Shown here: positions 11,199 through 20,505 of the stretch, piece by piece
How positions within the stretch are numbered: position 1 is the stretch's first letter
How the letters are laid out: each line of letters opens with the position of its first letter
NCBI GenBank assembly: GCA_030603365.1
Contig: JAUVXV010000001.1
Location: forward strand, 32,001-96,000
Reading direction: 5' to 3'
DNA from: Candidatus Heimdallarchaeota archaeon
GTDB taxonomy: Archaea > Asgardarchaeota > Heimdallarchaeia > Heimdallarchaeales > Heimdallarchaeaceae
Length of the DNA stretch: 64,000 nucleotides
Position numbers and translations under genes: made by a program
The notes under the pieces: model-generated
What the model was told of the DNA's origin: nothing
Databases searched by the model: none
What the model saw: only the letters and a program-made list of their open reading frames with translations

Positions 11199-11408
11199 AT
11201 GCCTAGTGAAATATCTAAAGATAGATTAGAAGAAATTATCCAACTTACTATTGATCAAGGTGGAGAAATAAGAACCAAACGTTATAAAGATGATATTAAA
11301 ATAAAATTCAGAACAAAAACAAGACTGTATACAATCAAACTTCCCATGAAAGAAGCTGAATCAATAATCAATGATATCTCTTCTAAAATTGATGTTATAC
11401 CATTCTAA
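11199..11408 (+). CDS. rpl38e: Ribosomal protein eL38
   Basis: 69 aa; KIKFRTKTRLYT resembles the eL38 KFKVRCSRYLYT motif. Confidence 0.75.
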   Translation: MPSEISKDRLEEIIQLTIDQGGEIRTKRYKDDIKIKFRTKTRLYTIKLPMKEAESIINDISSKIDVIPF

Positions 11409-11426
11409 AGAAGTAGTAGAACTGAT

Positions 11427-11960
11427 TTATTCTTCATCATCCTTCTTCTTTTTGATTACTACTATGTCTCCAAGTGTTTGGAAAGCTGGACCTTTTAGCT
11501 GATCTTTCTTTCCAACTGAAAGAACATCTTCTGTTATTTTAATTTTGAAGAATTTTTCAAGCCTCTCTATTAAATTATCAGAGGGTCTCATTTTTCCTGT
11601 TTCTATACTTTGAAGCTCAGAAATTGATATTTTCGTTTGAATAGATACTTCTTTTTGAGTAAGTTTCATCTTTTGCCTTTCAAGTCTAATACGTTCATTA
11701 TAGTCTGTTACTAATTGTTTATCTGCACCTAAATCTCTTCGCTGTCGGGTTGGAAAAGTTCTAGTTGTTGTAGAAGAACGTTGTGTAGAAACGCTTGCTC
11801 TAGCAGTAGGTGGCTTTGGTTTCGGTTTCACTTCTTTCTTTTTCCCATGTTTGGCGCAACCAGGACATACTGATAATTCTGCACCTTCAATTTCTATGGA
11901 AATGGGCCTTCCATATATTTCACGACCACACATCTCACAAGTTGCCAGTCTTATCACCAT
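11427..11960 (-). CDS. mbf1: Archaeal multiprotein bridging factor 1
   Basis: CEMCG..CPGC Zn ribbon, HTH, TLGDIV tail. Confidence 0.92.
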   Translation of the reverse strand: MVIRLATCEMCGREIYGRPISIEIEGAELSVCPGCAKHGKKKEVKPKPKPPTARASVSTQRSSTTTRTFPTRQRRDLGADKQLVTDYNERIRLERQKMKLTQKEVSIQTKISISELQSIETGKMRPSDNLIERLEKFFKIKITEDVLSVGKKDQLKGPAFQTLGDIVVIKKKKDDEE

Positions 11961-12059
11961 ATGGGTTTATTTTTTGTTTGACAAATAAAGACAAATTCAA
12001 AAACATTTTTCTATGAGACTAAAATGAATTAATATTAGTTAATATACTATTCAACAAAG

Positions 12060-12413
12060 GTGATACCTGTGGACTTTTGTCCTGAGTGCGGAAAATTACT
12101 TCATACAGATAAGAACGAAAAAGGCGGAACTATTCTTATTTGTTCAAAATGCGGATTTAAAAGAGATTTAGCGAAAGATGAAAAAGTCAGTCATACTGAA
12201 GAGATACCACACGATTTTGTAAGAGAACTGACCATTGTTATGGATGAAACCCAAACAGACTCAACAAAACCAACAAAGGAAATCTATTGTTCTAAATGTA
12301 AGAAGAATCAAAAAGTAAGTTTCTGGATGGTACAGACAAGAAGTGCTGATGAATCGCCAACACGTTTCTTTAGATGCTCAATTTGCGGAGAAACTTGGAG
12401 AGAATATGATTAA
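12060..12413 (+). CDS. tfs: Transcription elongation factor TFS
   Basis: Two Zn ribbons, QTRSADE acidic hairpin. Confidence 0.95.
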   Translation: MIPVDFCPECGKLLHTDKNEKGGTILICSKCGFKRDLAKDEKVSHTEEIPHDFVRELTIVMDETQTDSTKPTKEIYCSKCKKNQKVSFWMVQTRSADESPTRFFRCSICGETWREYD

Positions 12414-12427
12414 CTGGAGAAATTCTA

Positions 12428-12775
12428 ATGAGTAATTCAGTATCTGAAAATGAGTATAAAATCAAACCATTTGTTGATATAAATATCGCAGAAATCCAAA
12501 AACCTGGTAAATATAGAGTCGTGGGAAAGATTGTAAATATTGCTGAAAATTCTTTGCAAATAGATGATGGTTTTGAACAATTATCTATTACAATTCCTGA
12601 GGAAATTGACTTGAAACTTGAAGAAGGACTTAAAATTCGTGCTTTTGGTTATGTCAATATTCAACCAGAAAAACAAATGAAAACAACATTCATTCAAGAT
12701 TTTAGTGTTGTCGATTTAGATTCATACAGGCAAATCAATGAACTTGAACAATCTTTAAGAAAAGCTAATACTTAA
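12428..12775 (+). CDS. Small OB-fold protein, RPA3/RPA14-like
   Basis: RVVGKIV..IDDG..IRAFG..IQDFSVVDLDSY followed by a C-terminal helix; next to PCNA. Confidence 0.7.
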   Translation: MSNSVSENEYKIKPFVDINIAEIQKPGKYRVVGKIVNIAENSLQIDDGFEQLSITIPEEIDLKLEEGLKIRAFGYVNIQPEKQMKTTFIQDFSVVDLDSYRQINELEQSLRKANT

Positions 12776-12865
12776 GAAGCTTTGATGTGCGATTCCCTTA
12801 TATAGTGAAATAATAAAAAGGAGAATGAGAAAACTTCTAGGTAATAAAAAGAAAATCGGGGTATT

Positions 12866-13651
12866 ATGATGACTTTTGAAATGGTATTAGAGGACGCAAA
12901 ATTAATGTCCAACATATGTTCAATTATAAGTTCAATTGTTGCAGAAAGTAGTATAAATGTGGCAGAAGATGGGATTAGAATCAAGGCTTTTGATGCTACT
13001 CGTATTTCTATGATTGATTTCTTCATGAAAAAAGAAGCTTTCCAGAAATATGATGTAAAGGAATCAGCGATTGTTGGTCTAAGTTTAGAAACACTCAATA
13101 CAATTCTGAAGACTGCAAAAGCAAATGAACATCTGAAAATGGCTTTAGACGATACAACAAAGAGATTCGTCGTAGAATTCCTAGGTAAGAATCAAAAAAG
13201 GAAATTTGCCTTATCTCTAATTGATATTCCTGAAGAAGGTAATATACCAGATTCCATTCATATCGATTTTGATACAAATTTCGAAGTAAAAGCAACATTC
13301 ATACAACAAGTGCTAAAGGATGCAGAGATGGTTAGCGATTATCTAAAGATAAGAGCAAAAGAAGATGGAATTTTCTTTGGAGCTGAAAGCGATACAAAGG
13401 AAATGGATACATTCATAGAGCCAAAAAGTGAAGAAATGGAAACTGCAACTTTTCAAGTAACAGGTGAATCTGAGGCTATGTATTCATTAGATTTTCTTTC
13501 TAACTTTCTCAAAGGTATACGATCATCGGATTATGTCAAACTTTCTTTTAATCAAGAACAACCTATAAGATTGATTTATGAAATTGAAGACAAAGGACAC
13601 TTAATTTATTTCGTAGCACCAAGAATTGAAGAAAGTGAAGAAATCGATTAA
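12866..13651 (+). CDS. pcn: Sliding clamp PCNA
   Basis: AFDATRISMIDF, YSLDFL, YFVAPRIE. Confidence 0.95.
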   Translation: MMTFEMVLEDAKLMSNICSIISSIVAESSINVAEDGIRIKAFDATRISMIDFFMKKEAFQKYDVKESAIVGLSLETLNTILKTAKANEHLKMALDDTTKRFVVEFLGKNQKRKFALSLIDIPEEGNIPDSIHIDFDTNFEVKATFIQQVLKDAEMVSDYLKIRAKEDGIFFGAESDTKEMDTFIEPKSEEMETATFQVTGESEAMYSLDFLSNFLKGIRSSDYVKLSFNQEQPIRLIYEIEDKGHLIYFVAPRIEESEEID

Positions 13652-13711
13652 AAGCATTAAAACTACCTGAGGGAGTAATTTTATTTCATTACAACTGAAT
13701 GAGGAAAAACG

Positions 13712-14302
13712 TTGTTCGATAGAATTCAAAATAAATGGAAAGAAGAAAGAGAAAAAATACAACTCACTCCAATGAACGAAGCATTCTATGGAGCTATGAG
13801 AGACTTTCTAAAATCACGATCCTTAAGGGCTAAGGAAGAGATTAATCCTATAATAAAGAAAGTCCTTGAGGAAAAACTAAGTAGAATGCGTTATGTTATT
13901 GACGATCTTCTTGCAATACGAACAACGAAAATACTTCAAATTGTTTTCAATAAAGAGGAAATCACCTTTAATCTAGCAAGAGAAGAACAGAATTTTTATG
14001 AGAGAATGAAAAAACTTTATGATGTTTATCGAAAAGATGTTTTTTCTCCAAAAGATATCGCTTATACTGACATAGATTCCATTGTAAGCAAAGAAAGTAT
14101 AGATGAAGAGGAAGAAGATATTGAATACGTAGCTATTAAATTTCTAAAACGCACAAAAGACAAAATACAAGGGCTTGATGGTAAAGTCTATGGTCCCTTT
14201 GAAAAAGAAGACATATGTTTACTTCCCAAAGAAAATGCTGTAGGTCTTGTAAGAAGGGAATTTGCAGAAAATATAGAAATGGTAGAACAAATAAAAAACT
14301 AA
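13712..14302 (+). CDS. GINS subunit (Gins51/Gins15)
   Basis: Helical A domain plus B domain GLDGKVYGPF..EDICLLPKENA; follows PCNA. Confidence 0.85.
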   Translation: MFDRIQNKWKEEREKIQLTPMNEAFYGAMRDFLKSRSLRAKEEINPIIKKVLEEKLSRMRYVIDDLLAIRTTKILQIVFNKEEITFNLAREEQNFYERMKKLYDVYRKDVFSPKDIAYTDIDSIVSKESIDEEEEDIEYVAIKFLKRTKDKIQGLDGKVYGPFEKEDICLLPKENAVGLVRREFAENIEMVEQIKN

Positions 14303-14310
14303 GATAGAAC

Positions 14311-14484
14311 TTATAAAATTTCTCCTATAATTTTTGCTTTTCCTCCACGAGGTTGAGTCAAATCCTCGCTGCAAACATTACATTTGACCACAATTTTTGC
14401 TGAATCAAAAACAATTTGCTCATTATTACAACTTGTACATTTGACTTTCAGGAACTTTGTTGTTGGATATGGTATCTTTGACAT
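14311..14484 (-). CDS. rps27e: Ribosomal protein eS27
   Basis: FLKVKCTSCNNEQIVF..KCNVC..PRGGKA; start set to MSKIP. Confidence 0.93.
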   Translation of the reverse strand: MSKIPYPTTKFLKVKCTSCNNEQIVFDSAKIVVKCNVCSEDLTQPRGGKAKIIGEIL

Positions 14485-14564
14485 GGTTGAGTTTTGAGAA
14501 CTACGCTTTAAAAAAATGTTGTTATTAAACAAGTTCGTATTTTATTCACAAATTGAGCAAAAAG

Positions 14565-14675
14565 TGGTGCGGGGAGGGAGATTCGAACTCCCGAACCACT
14601 AAGGAACGGATTTCTCATCTGACTCAGATTTATTGATCTTGAGTCCGTCGCCGTTGACCACTTGGCTATCCCCGC
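14565..14675 (-). tRNA. tRNA-Leu(CAA) with 26-nt intron at 37/38 (14612-14637)
   Basis: Cloverleaf with long variable arm and encoded CCA; BHB motif with CTCA/TGAG helix and 3-nt bulges. Confidence 0.95.
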
Positions 14676-14724
14676 AGGTTTATTATTTAATCAAGCAGTA
14701 TTTGAGAAGTCTTTCAATACTTAT

Positions 14725-15981
14725 TTAATCTTTTCTTTTTCTTGTTTTAAAACGTAGAATAACTAATTGGAATAATAGAAAAACTAGAACTGACACCGTA
14801 AATTCAAATGGTGCTGTATCGGTGTTTCCATTATACTTTACAAGTGTGAAATTTACATTTCTATTTGTCCATTCATCAACTGCTGCCAACGATACGTTGT
14901 AGTTATTATTTGATTGAACTGCTAATTCATACGTGTAATTCCATAATTCCTCACCTGTAGCTGCATGACTGTCCCAATCTACTAGTACTTCATCAACATA
15001 GCAATAATAATCAAAATTAGATTGATCACTGATTTGAAAGGTTATATCAACAAAGCTGTCTTCTTCAGCAAAATACATTATTTCTTGAGAATTAATCTTA
15101 GGACCTTCCAGATCATCTTCCAAAATATATTTTTCGTTATTTAGTATGAATTCAGTTGCATTTAGAGTTATTTCATAATGTAGATTGTTTACAACTCTGG
15201 GATACGGATAATTTTCTGTATAACCTGCAACATTGTCTACATAATCTGCTAAGTCAGGATATAGCTCGAATGTCTCATTATAACACTCTCTAATGGCAGG
15301 TAAAGAATGTTCATACATTTCTTGTAAGCTTACAACACCATCTAGGGAAGTATCAGCATCAATGTTTGTGAGTGATTTTGCCCAAAAATGTGAAGAAATA
15401 CCTCCAGCAAAAGGTGGTTCACTTAGAACCCAAGTTCCATTTTCTCCAGGAAAAACTCCAATTGCAATTTCATATTCACCAACACTTCCCATCGCAAAAC
15501 ATGTACCATAAAAATTCCTAACGAATTCTCCTGCATAACAAGAATCCATCAAATATATTTTGTTTTTCGTGTTTATTTGGAAAAATTCTGTTTGAAACCA
15601 AGTATTAAACTCTAATACATCTCGACAGTAAGTGTGTCCATGAGCCATAACATAAATAAAAACCAGATCATTCTCATCTACTACTTGTTCAAGATAGTTT
15701 AACTGCTCTAGAAAAATCGTTTTAGTTATATTTTCGTCTCCCAAGAACAAAGAGATATTTTCCTCATTCCAACCTAAATTAAGAAGCGTACTTTTGAGTT
15801 CTATAGCAGAACAAACAGTAGTACCATTATCATCGTATGGGAATTGATCAAAAAGAACTGCGTATGTTTCAACAGGATTTTCATTATTTTGATGTTGAAT
15901 AGCAACTGAATTTGAAGTATGAGCTGATAGTGAAATAGAAAATAAAAATAGGACTATAATCGCTAATGAATTCTTCCTCAT
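14725..15981 (-). CDS. Secreted, C-terminally membrane-anchored caspase-like (clan CD) protease
   Basis: Signal peptide; FIYVMAHGH and YLMDSCYAG catalytic dyad; C-terminal TM helix + basic tail. Confidence 0.8.
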   Translation of the reverse strand: MRKNSLAIIVLFLFSISLSAHTSNSVAIQHQNNENPVETYAVLFDQFPYDDNGTTVCSAIELKSTLLNLGWNEENISLFLGDENITKTIFLEQLNYLEQVVDENDLVFIYVMAHGHTYCRDVLEFNTWFQTEFFQINTKNKIYLMDSCYAGEFVRNFYGTCFAMGSVGEYEIAIGVFPGENGTWVLSEPPFAGGISSHFWAKSLTNIDADTSLDGVVSLQEMYEHSLPAIRECYNETFELYPDLADYVDNVAGYTENYPYPRVVNNLHYEITLNATEFILNNEKYILEDDLEGPKINSQEIMYFAEEDSFVDITFQISDQSNFDYYCYVDEVLVDWDSHAATGEELWNYTYELAVQSNNNYNVSLAAVDEWTNRNVNFTLVKYNGNTDTAPFEFTVSVLVFLLFQLVILRFKTRKRKD

Positions 15982-16019
15982 ATTTTTTACCTTGCTTAAA
16001 CACTTATATCATTAGCGAA

Positions 16020-17216
16020 TTATAGCTTTAACAAAAGTAGCTCAAGTTGTCTTTTTGAGAGAAATTCACAACCATCTTCTGTTACAAGAACATCTTCTTC
16101 AATACTGCAATAACCATGATCCTCAACATAGACATGAAGTTCTAAGGTAAATGCTTGTCCTTTTTCCACGTAATAGAAGGGTGATTCACCATATTTTTCC
16201 CATCGTGGACCCAACAAACATCCACCATCATGAACATTTCTTCCTATCTGATGACCAAGAGCATGCATGAATTCAGTATAACCAGCATCGGTGACTATAT
16301 TTCTAGCTATAATATCAATTTCCCAGCCTTGAACTCCAGGTCTTAGTGCTTCTGCACTTGCTGTAATAGCTTTAACTACTGTTTCAAAAGCTCTTATCAC
16401 TTCTTTTGGAGGAACATCCTCATCTTCTCCTAAAACGTAATTCATTCTTTGAAGATCTGATGCATATCCTTCGAAGAAAACACCATAGTCGACATTAATG
16501 AGGTCTCCTCTCTTAACTTTAATATCTGGAGAAGCTTTGCCATGTCCGATAGTTGTTGTAGGTCCAACATGAATTAATGGTGGATATGATACAGTAACTC
16601 CTTCATCTTTTGTAAATTTCAAAAGCATTTCTTCGATGTTTTCTTCCGACACTCCAACTTTAATAGTTTCAGTAACCTTCTTATGACCCTCTTCACTGAT
16701 TACCACTGCTTTCTTTATTCTATCGATTTCAGAATCTGTCTTTCTTCCTCGTAATGCTGCTAACAATTTTTCTGAGGATATCAACCTATCAAGGAAGATA
16801 GAACCTTCTAATATTTTATTTAATCTTAACCACATACCATGGGTTAAACCATCAGCTGCAATATTGTCTTCTGAGTAGTTTATGGCAATACTTTGAGGTT
16901 TAAGTTCGTTCAAAACATTAAGCAACGGTTCTTTTATGCTATCATCATAACCAATGACTCTATCATAAATTCCAGACTTCTCTATATTTTGTGCGTCATA
17001 TCTTCCGCATATAGCTACTTTTTGCCCATCTTTGCTAATAATCAAAGCTGATTGCCATGTTAACCATGAATCTTCTAATAGAAAATATAATGCAGGATCA
17101 TGAATTTCTGAAGTTTTCCTTACATATGTTAGCCATACATCAACATTTTGCTCTTTTAAGATGTTAATTGCTTGGTCTGTTTTTTGCTTAATTATACTCA
17201 TATAATACTGATTCAT
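16020..17216 (-). CDS. Xaa-Pro aminopeptidase (M24 family)
   Basis: DYG..GYASDLQR, HALGHQIG..VHD, TLE, IEEDV. Confidence 0.92.
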   Translation of the reverse strand: MNQYYMSIIKQKTDQAINILKEQNVDVWLTYVRKTSEIHDPALYFLLEDSWLTWQSALIISKDGQKVAICGRYDAQNIEKSGIYDRVIGYDDSIKEPLLNVLNELKPQSIAINYSEDNIAADGLTHGMWLRLNKILEGSIFLDRLISSEKLLAALRGRKTDSEIDRIKKAVVISEEGHKKVTETIKVGVSEENIEEMLLKFTKDEGVTVSYPPLIHVGPTTTIGHGKASPDIKVKRGDLINVDYGVFFEGYASDLQRMNYVLGEDEDVPPKEVIRAFETVVKAITASAEALRPGVQGWEIDIIARNIVTDAGYTEFMHALGHQIGRNVHDGGCLLGPRWEKYGESPFYYVEKGQAFTLELHVYVEDHGYCSIEEDVLVTEDGCEFLSKRQLELLLLKL

Positions 17217-17364
17217 TAGGGACTTTATTTGTTTTTTTCATTATTCATAAATGAACATGATTTTTCTAGGATTTACTCCACGAAGAAAATTACCCCCATA
17301 AGAGAAAATTAAAGAAGGTTTAAATATATAATATTTTGTTGATTGATATCATAATTCTTCAAGA

Positions 17365-17991
17365 GTGATTTTGTCTATGTCTAGGGAAGCAGTAAGTAAT
17401 TTTGATGAGGAAAGTGATGTTGGTGCTAATAAAATGGCATCGAAAATAAATATCTCTGAAAGACAAAGACAAACTCTTATTGAAGTTGTGGATGATATCG
17501 CTGGGGAAGAAGTAAAACAAGTAACACTGGTTCTATTAAATGCTGATAAAGAAACAACAGATGAAGAAATATCGGAAAAACTTGATATGAGACTAAATCA
17601 AGTCCGAAAATCCTTGTATAAACTGTATGACTTACAGTTGGCGACATTTAGAAGAATTAGAGATAAATCAACAGGTTGGTTTGTTTATTTCTGGACATTA
17701 CATCCAGAACGAATCGATGTATTTGTTGAGAAAAAGCAACAAGAAGTCATGTTTAAGCTACAAGAAAGATTGGACTATGAAGAATCTAATATGTTCTTTA
17801 CCTGTAATAATCCTGAATGCCCTCGAGTTACATTTCAAGAAGCGATGGATAACAATTTTGAATGTGAACATTGTAGTGGGCGATTAGAAGCGTTTGATAA
17901 CGAGCAGTTGAAGCAAGTATTGACAGACAAAATCAATGAAATGAAAGAAATAAGGGAAAAGACTAAGAAAATAATGAAAGGGGAAAAGTAA
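17365..17991 (+). CDS. tfe: Transcription factor E alpha
   Basis: TDEEIS..LNQVRKSLYKL, GWFVYFW, Zn ribbon. Confidence 0.93.
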   Translation: MILSMSREAVSNFDEESDVGANKMASKINISERQRQTLIEVVDDIAGEEVKQVTLVLLNADKETTDEEISEKLDMRLNQVRKSLYKLYDLQLATFRRIRDKSTGWFVYFWTLHPERIDVFVEKKQQEVMFKLQERLDYEESNMFFTCNNPECPRVTFQEAMDNNFECEHCSGRLEAFDNEQLKQVLTDKINEMKEIREKTKKIMKGEK

Positions 17992-18005
17992 TCCACTTAG
18001 TTTTT

Positions 18006-18692
18006 TCAACCAGTACTTTTACTCAATCGATGCTGTACATCTTCACTTGTTAATTCTTTAAGTGCATCACTTGCTATCCACTTAGCAGCTTTTGATTCAA
18101 TTTGGTGTACTTCCTTTGATAATTCAACAGTAAGTTTATTCAATCTTAAATTCCTCTTTCCTATCTGTCGAATTGCCCAATTAACTGCTTTTTTTACAAA
18201 GTTTCTATTATCTGTGACCCCCCTTAAGATGTGGGGAAAAAACTCTTGAAATTGTTCATCCTGAGCTTCTTTGTCACTAACAGCCAAACGGGCCATCATT
18301 ACATAACCTGCTCTTTTAACAAATTCTTCATCTCTGAAACTCCATTCAACAGCTTTTTCATATGCTTCTTGCTTCTTTTCAAAGAGATTCATAATAGCTT
18401 GGTCACATATTTCCCAGTAGCTAAAATCTCCAACCCATTTCTCCATTTGTTGTTTAGTTACTTGTGAAGGAACATCAATCATTGATGCTAGTATCATTGT
18501 TTCTCGATATCCAAGTTCCCATAATTCTAGTGCTAGTTCGTGATCTTTACCAATTTCCTTGGCTATTTTTCGTAAAATAGGAATCTTTACTCCAAATGTT
18601 TTGTCTGGATTAATTCCGTATTTTGCCATCCCCCTAATGTTATCTAAATCTTTTAGGGATTTGAGCTTTTGTAGGACTTCTTTTGACTTCAT
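18006..18692 (-). CDS. AlkD-family DNA alkylation repair protein
   Basis: GVKIPILR, WEICD, DNRNFVKKAVNWAIRQIGKR. Confidence 0.9.
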   Translation of the reverse strand: MKSKEVLQKLKSLKDLDNIRGMAKYGINPDKTFGVKIPILRKIAKEIGKDHELALELWELGYRETMILASMIDVPSQVTKQQMEKWVGDFSYWEICDQAIMNLFEKKQEAYEKAVEWSFRDEEFVKRAGYVMMARLAVSDKEAQDEQFQEFFPHILRGVTDNRNFVKKAVNWAIRQIGKRNLRLNKLTVELSKEVHQIESKAAKWIASDALKELTSEDVQHRLSKSTG

Positions 18693-18812
18693 CTAACTTC
18701 TAAGTTATATAGATCAACTAGATAAAAATATTTTTCTTAGGAAATCTTATTTTGGAAATCATAAACTTTCAAATATTACTTCGAATTATGAGATATTGTA
18801 GGTGAAGAATAC

Positions 18813-19361
18813 ATGCTAGAAAGTGTTTCAAAGATTCATAACGAAATAAAAGATACTGGTTTAAAAGATCTAATAATCAAATTAGACCACGTAGCATATA
18901 GAGTTAAGAAAGGTGAAAGAGAAAAAGCAATGGTAGAGTTAGCAAACTTGGTGCCCTATAAGGATTATAAAACCTTCAAAGTTATATCCATGAATGCGAT
19001 TACAAGTACATTAAAACTTCATGAAACGCTACCTGTCATTGTTGTAAGTGAAGGCTTAACCAATGATTCTATTGTTGAAAAATATGTTAAAAAATTCGGT
19101 GGTAGAATTCATCATTTTGCTTATTTAGTCAAAGATATAGAAAAAGTAGTTAAAATCCAGATAGAAAGAGGAGTTAAGTTTACAACGGATCATATTATCG
19201 GTAGTGAAGAAGAAGGAATTAAGCAAATTTTCACTTTACCAACAGAAGCAGCTAATCATATAATTGAGTATGTGCAACGTTTTGGGGGTTTTGATGGCTT
19301 CTTTACACCTTCAAATGTAGGTGCTTTAATGAAATCGACAGAACAACTAGGTGAAGCATAA
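18813..19361 (+). CDS. VOC-family protein resembling the HPPD C-terminal domain
   Basis: LDHVAY, GGRIHHFAY, QIFT, IEYVQR..GF. Confidence 0.75.
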   Translation: MLESVSKIHNEIKDTGLKDLIIKLDHVAYRVKKGEREKAMVELANLVPYKDYKTFKVISMNAITSTLKLHETLPVIVVSEGLTNDSIVEKYVKKFGGRIHHFAYLVKDIEKVVKIQIERGVKFTTDHIIGSEEEGIKQIFTLPTEAANHIIEYVQRFGGFDGFFTPSNVGALMKSTEQLGEA

Positions 19362-19402
19362 CACGGGAAAAACTTATCTTCTAAATTACTTTTATCAGTA
19401 CG

Positions 19403-19912
19403 ATGAACATGAAGAAATTACAGGAAAGACCAGGATCAGCACTTTATCCTAATCCAGTGATGCTAGTAACAGCATCTTATGAAGATAAAGAGTCTATTAT
19501 AACTCTCTCTTGGGGAGGAACATGTAGCTCAAATCCACCCTATGTTGCTGTAGCTATAAGAAAAGAAAGGTTTACATACAATCTAATTTACAATTCCAAG
19601 GAATTTGTTGTAAATATACCCACTGCAGATTTGAAGGAATCAGTAGAATTTTGTGGAACAAAATCTGGTAAAGATTTCGATAAATGGAAGGAGTGTAATT
19701 TTACAAAAGAACAAAGCGTGGAAATAAAAACTCCATTTATCTCTGAATGTCCTGTAAACATGGAATGTAAACTACACCAAATTGTTGAATTGGGTTCTCA
19801 TGACTTATTTATCGGTGAAGTAGTAGTTTTACACCTAGATGAGAAATGGAAAGATGAAAAGTATCCCAATTTACTTACTTATGTAAGAGGTATTTACAAA
19901 ACGAGTAAGTGA
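19403..19912 (+). CDS. Flavin reductase family protein
   Basis: EFVVNIP, CGTKSG, ECPVNMECK, GSHDLFIGEV. Confidence 0.9.
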   Translation: MNMKKLQERPGSALYPNPVMLVTASYEDKESIITLSWGGTCSSNPPYVAVAIRKERFTYNLIYNSKEFVVNIPTADLKESVEFCGTKSGKDFDKWKECNFTKEQSVEIKTPFISECPVNMECKLHQIVELGSHDLFIGEVVVLHLDEKWKDEKYPNLLTYVRGIYKTSK

Positions 19913-19926
19913 TTACAATCAAAATT

Positions 19927-20003
19927 TGGTGATTGAACAGGGATTTGAACCTAAGCTCTTTTACTCCTGAAACAAAAATCGTACCAAACTAGACTACTAA
20001 ATC
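19927..20003 (-). pseudogene. Degenerate tRNA-like gene (77 nt, anticodon position CAG, encoded CCA)
   Basis: GATTTAG TA GTCT AGTTTGGT ACGAT T TTTGT TTCAGGA GTAAA AGAGC TTAGG TTCAAAT CCCTG TTCAATC A CCA: exact tRNA spacing but mismatches in T and acceptor stems. Confidence 0.75.
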
Positions 20004-20080
20004 TGCGTTACGCACGTTATGAAACTTGGTTAAACTTGCAAGAGGCTTTATAACCGTCGTTTAAGTGGATCCCCTCACGT

Positions 20081-20401
20081 GCGTTGAGGGGAAGGGATCA
20101 TGAGGATTATGAGGGAGTGGAGAAGAATCGGAGTTTGCACGTGCTCCAGCTTCTTTACTACTCTTGTGCATAGTGCGTCTTGGTTCTGTTGATACTAACT
20201 GAGGGGCAGTTGTTTGAACAACTGCGAACCAAGCTATAGGTGAGTGTTCACCCAGCACTACTCTCTTATTCACACTTTCATATGTAAACTCGTGAAAAAG
20301 ACCGTCCCATTAGGTGCACTAACTCATCCGTGCTTGTATCCGATTACACAGGTAGTAGAACGCTAATGGTAAGATTGAACAAGTTTTCACCCTTCAGTTG
20401 C
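20081..20401 (+). ncRNA. Unidentified ~320-nt structured RNA
   Basis: GC-elevated intergenic tract, upstream TTTATAA (20047-20053), at least seven nested helices, G-U pairs favouring the + strand, 5'/3' closing helix. Confidence 0.6.
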
Positions 20402-20505
20402 CTATGGTTTAATTCTCTCTAAATATTTTTTATGTTCTGCACCTATCTTGTAAATCCTTCCCTAAATATTTTATACCTTCAATTGGTGCTAAAACTCTAT
20501 TACTA

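Noticed and set aside
20061-20273. 70-aa ORF on the - strand
   Set aside because: Overlaps the structured RNA, resembles no known protein and is explained by higher GC.
20081-20401. Assignment as RNase P RNA, SRP RNA, U3-like RNA or a riboswitch
   Set aside because: No GAGGAAxxUCC/AGAA..GGCUUA P4 motifs and no CAGG-GNRA-AGCA helix 8 on either strand; AGGGATCAT resembles U3 box A but a terminal box D is missing; no TPP or cobalamin consensus.
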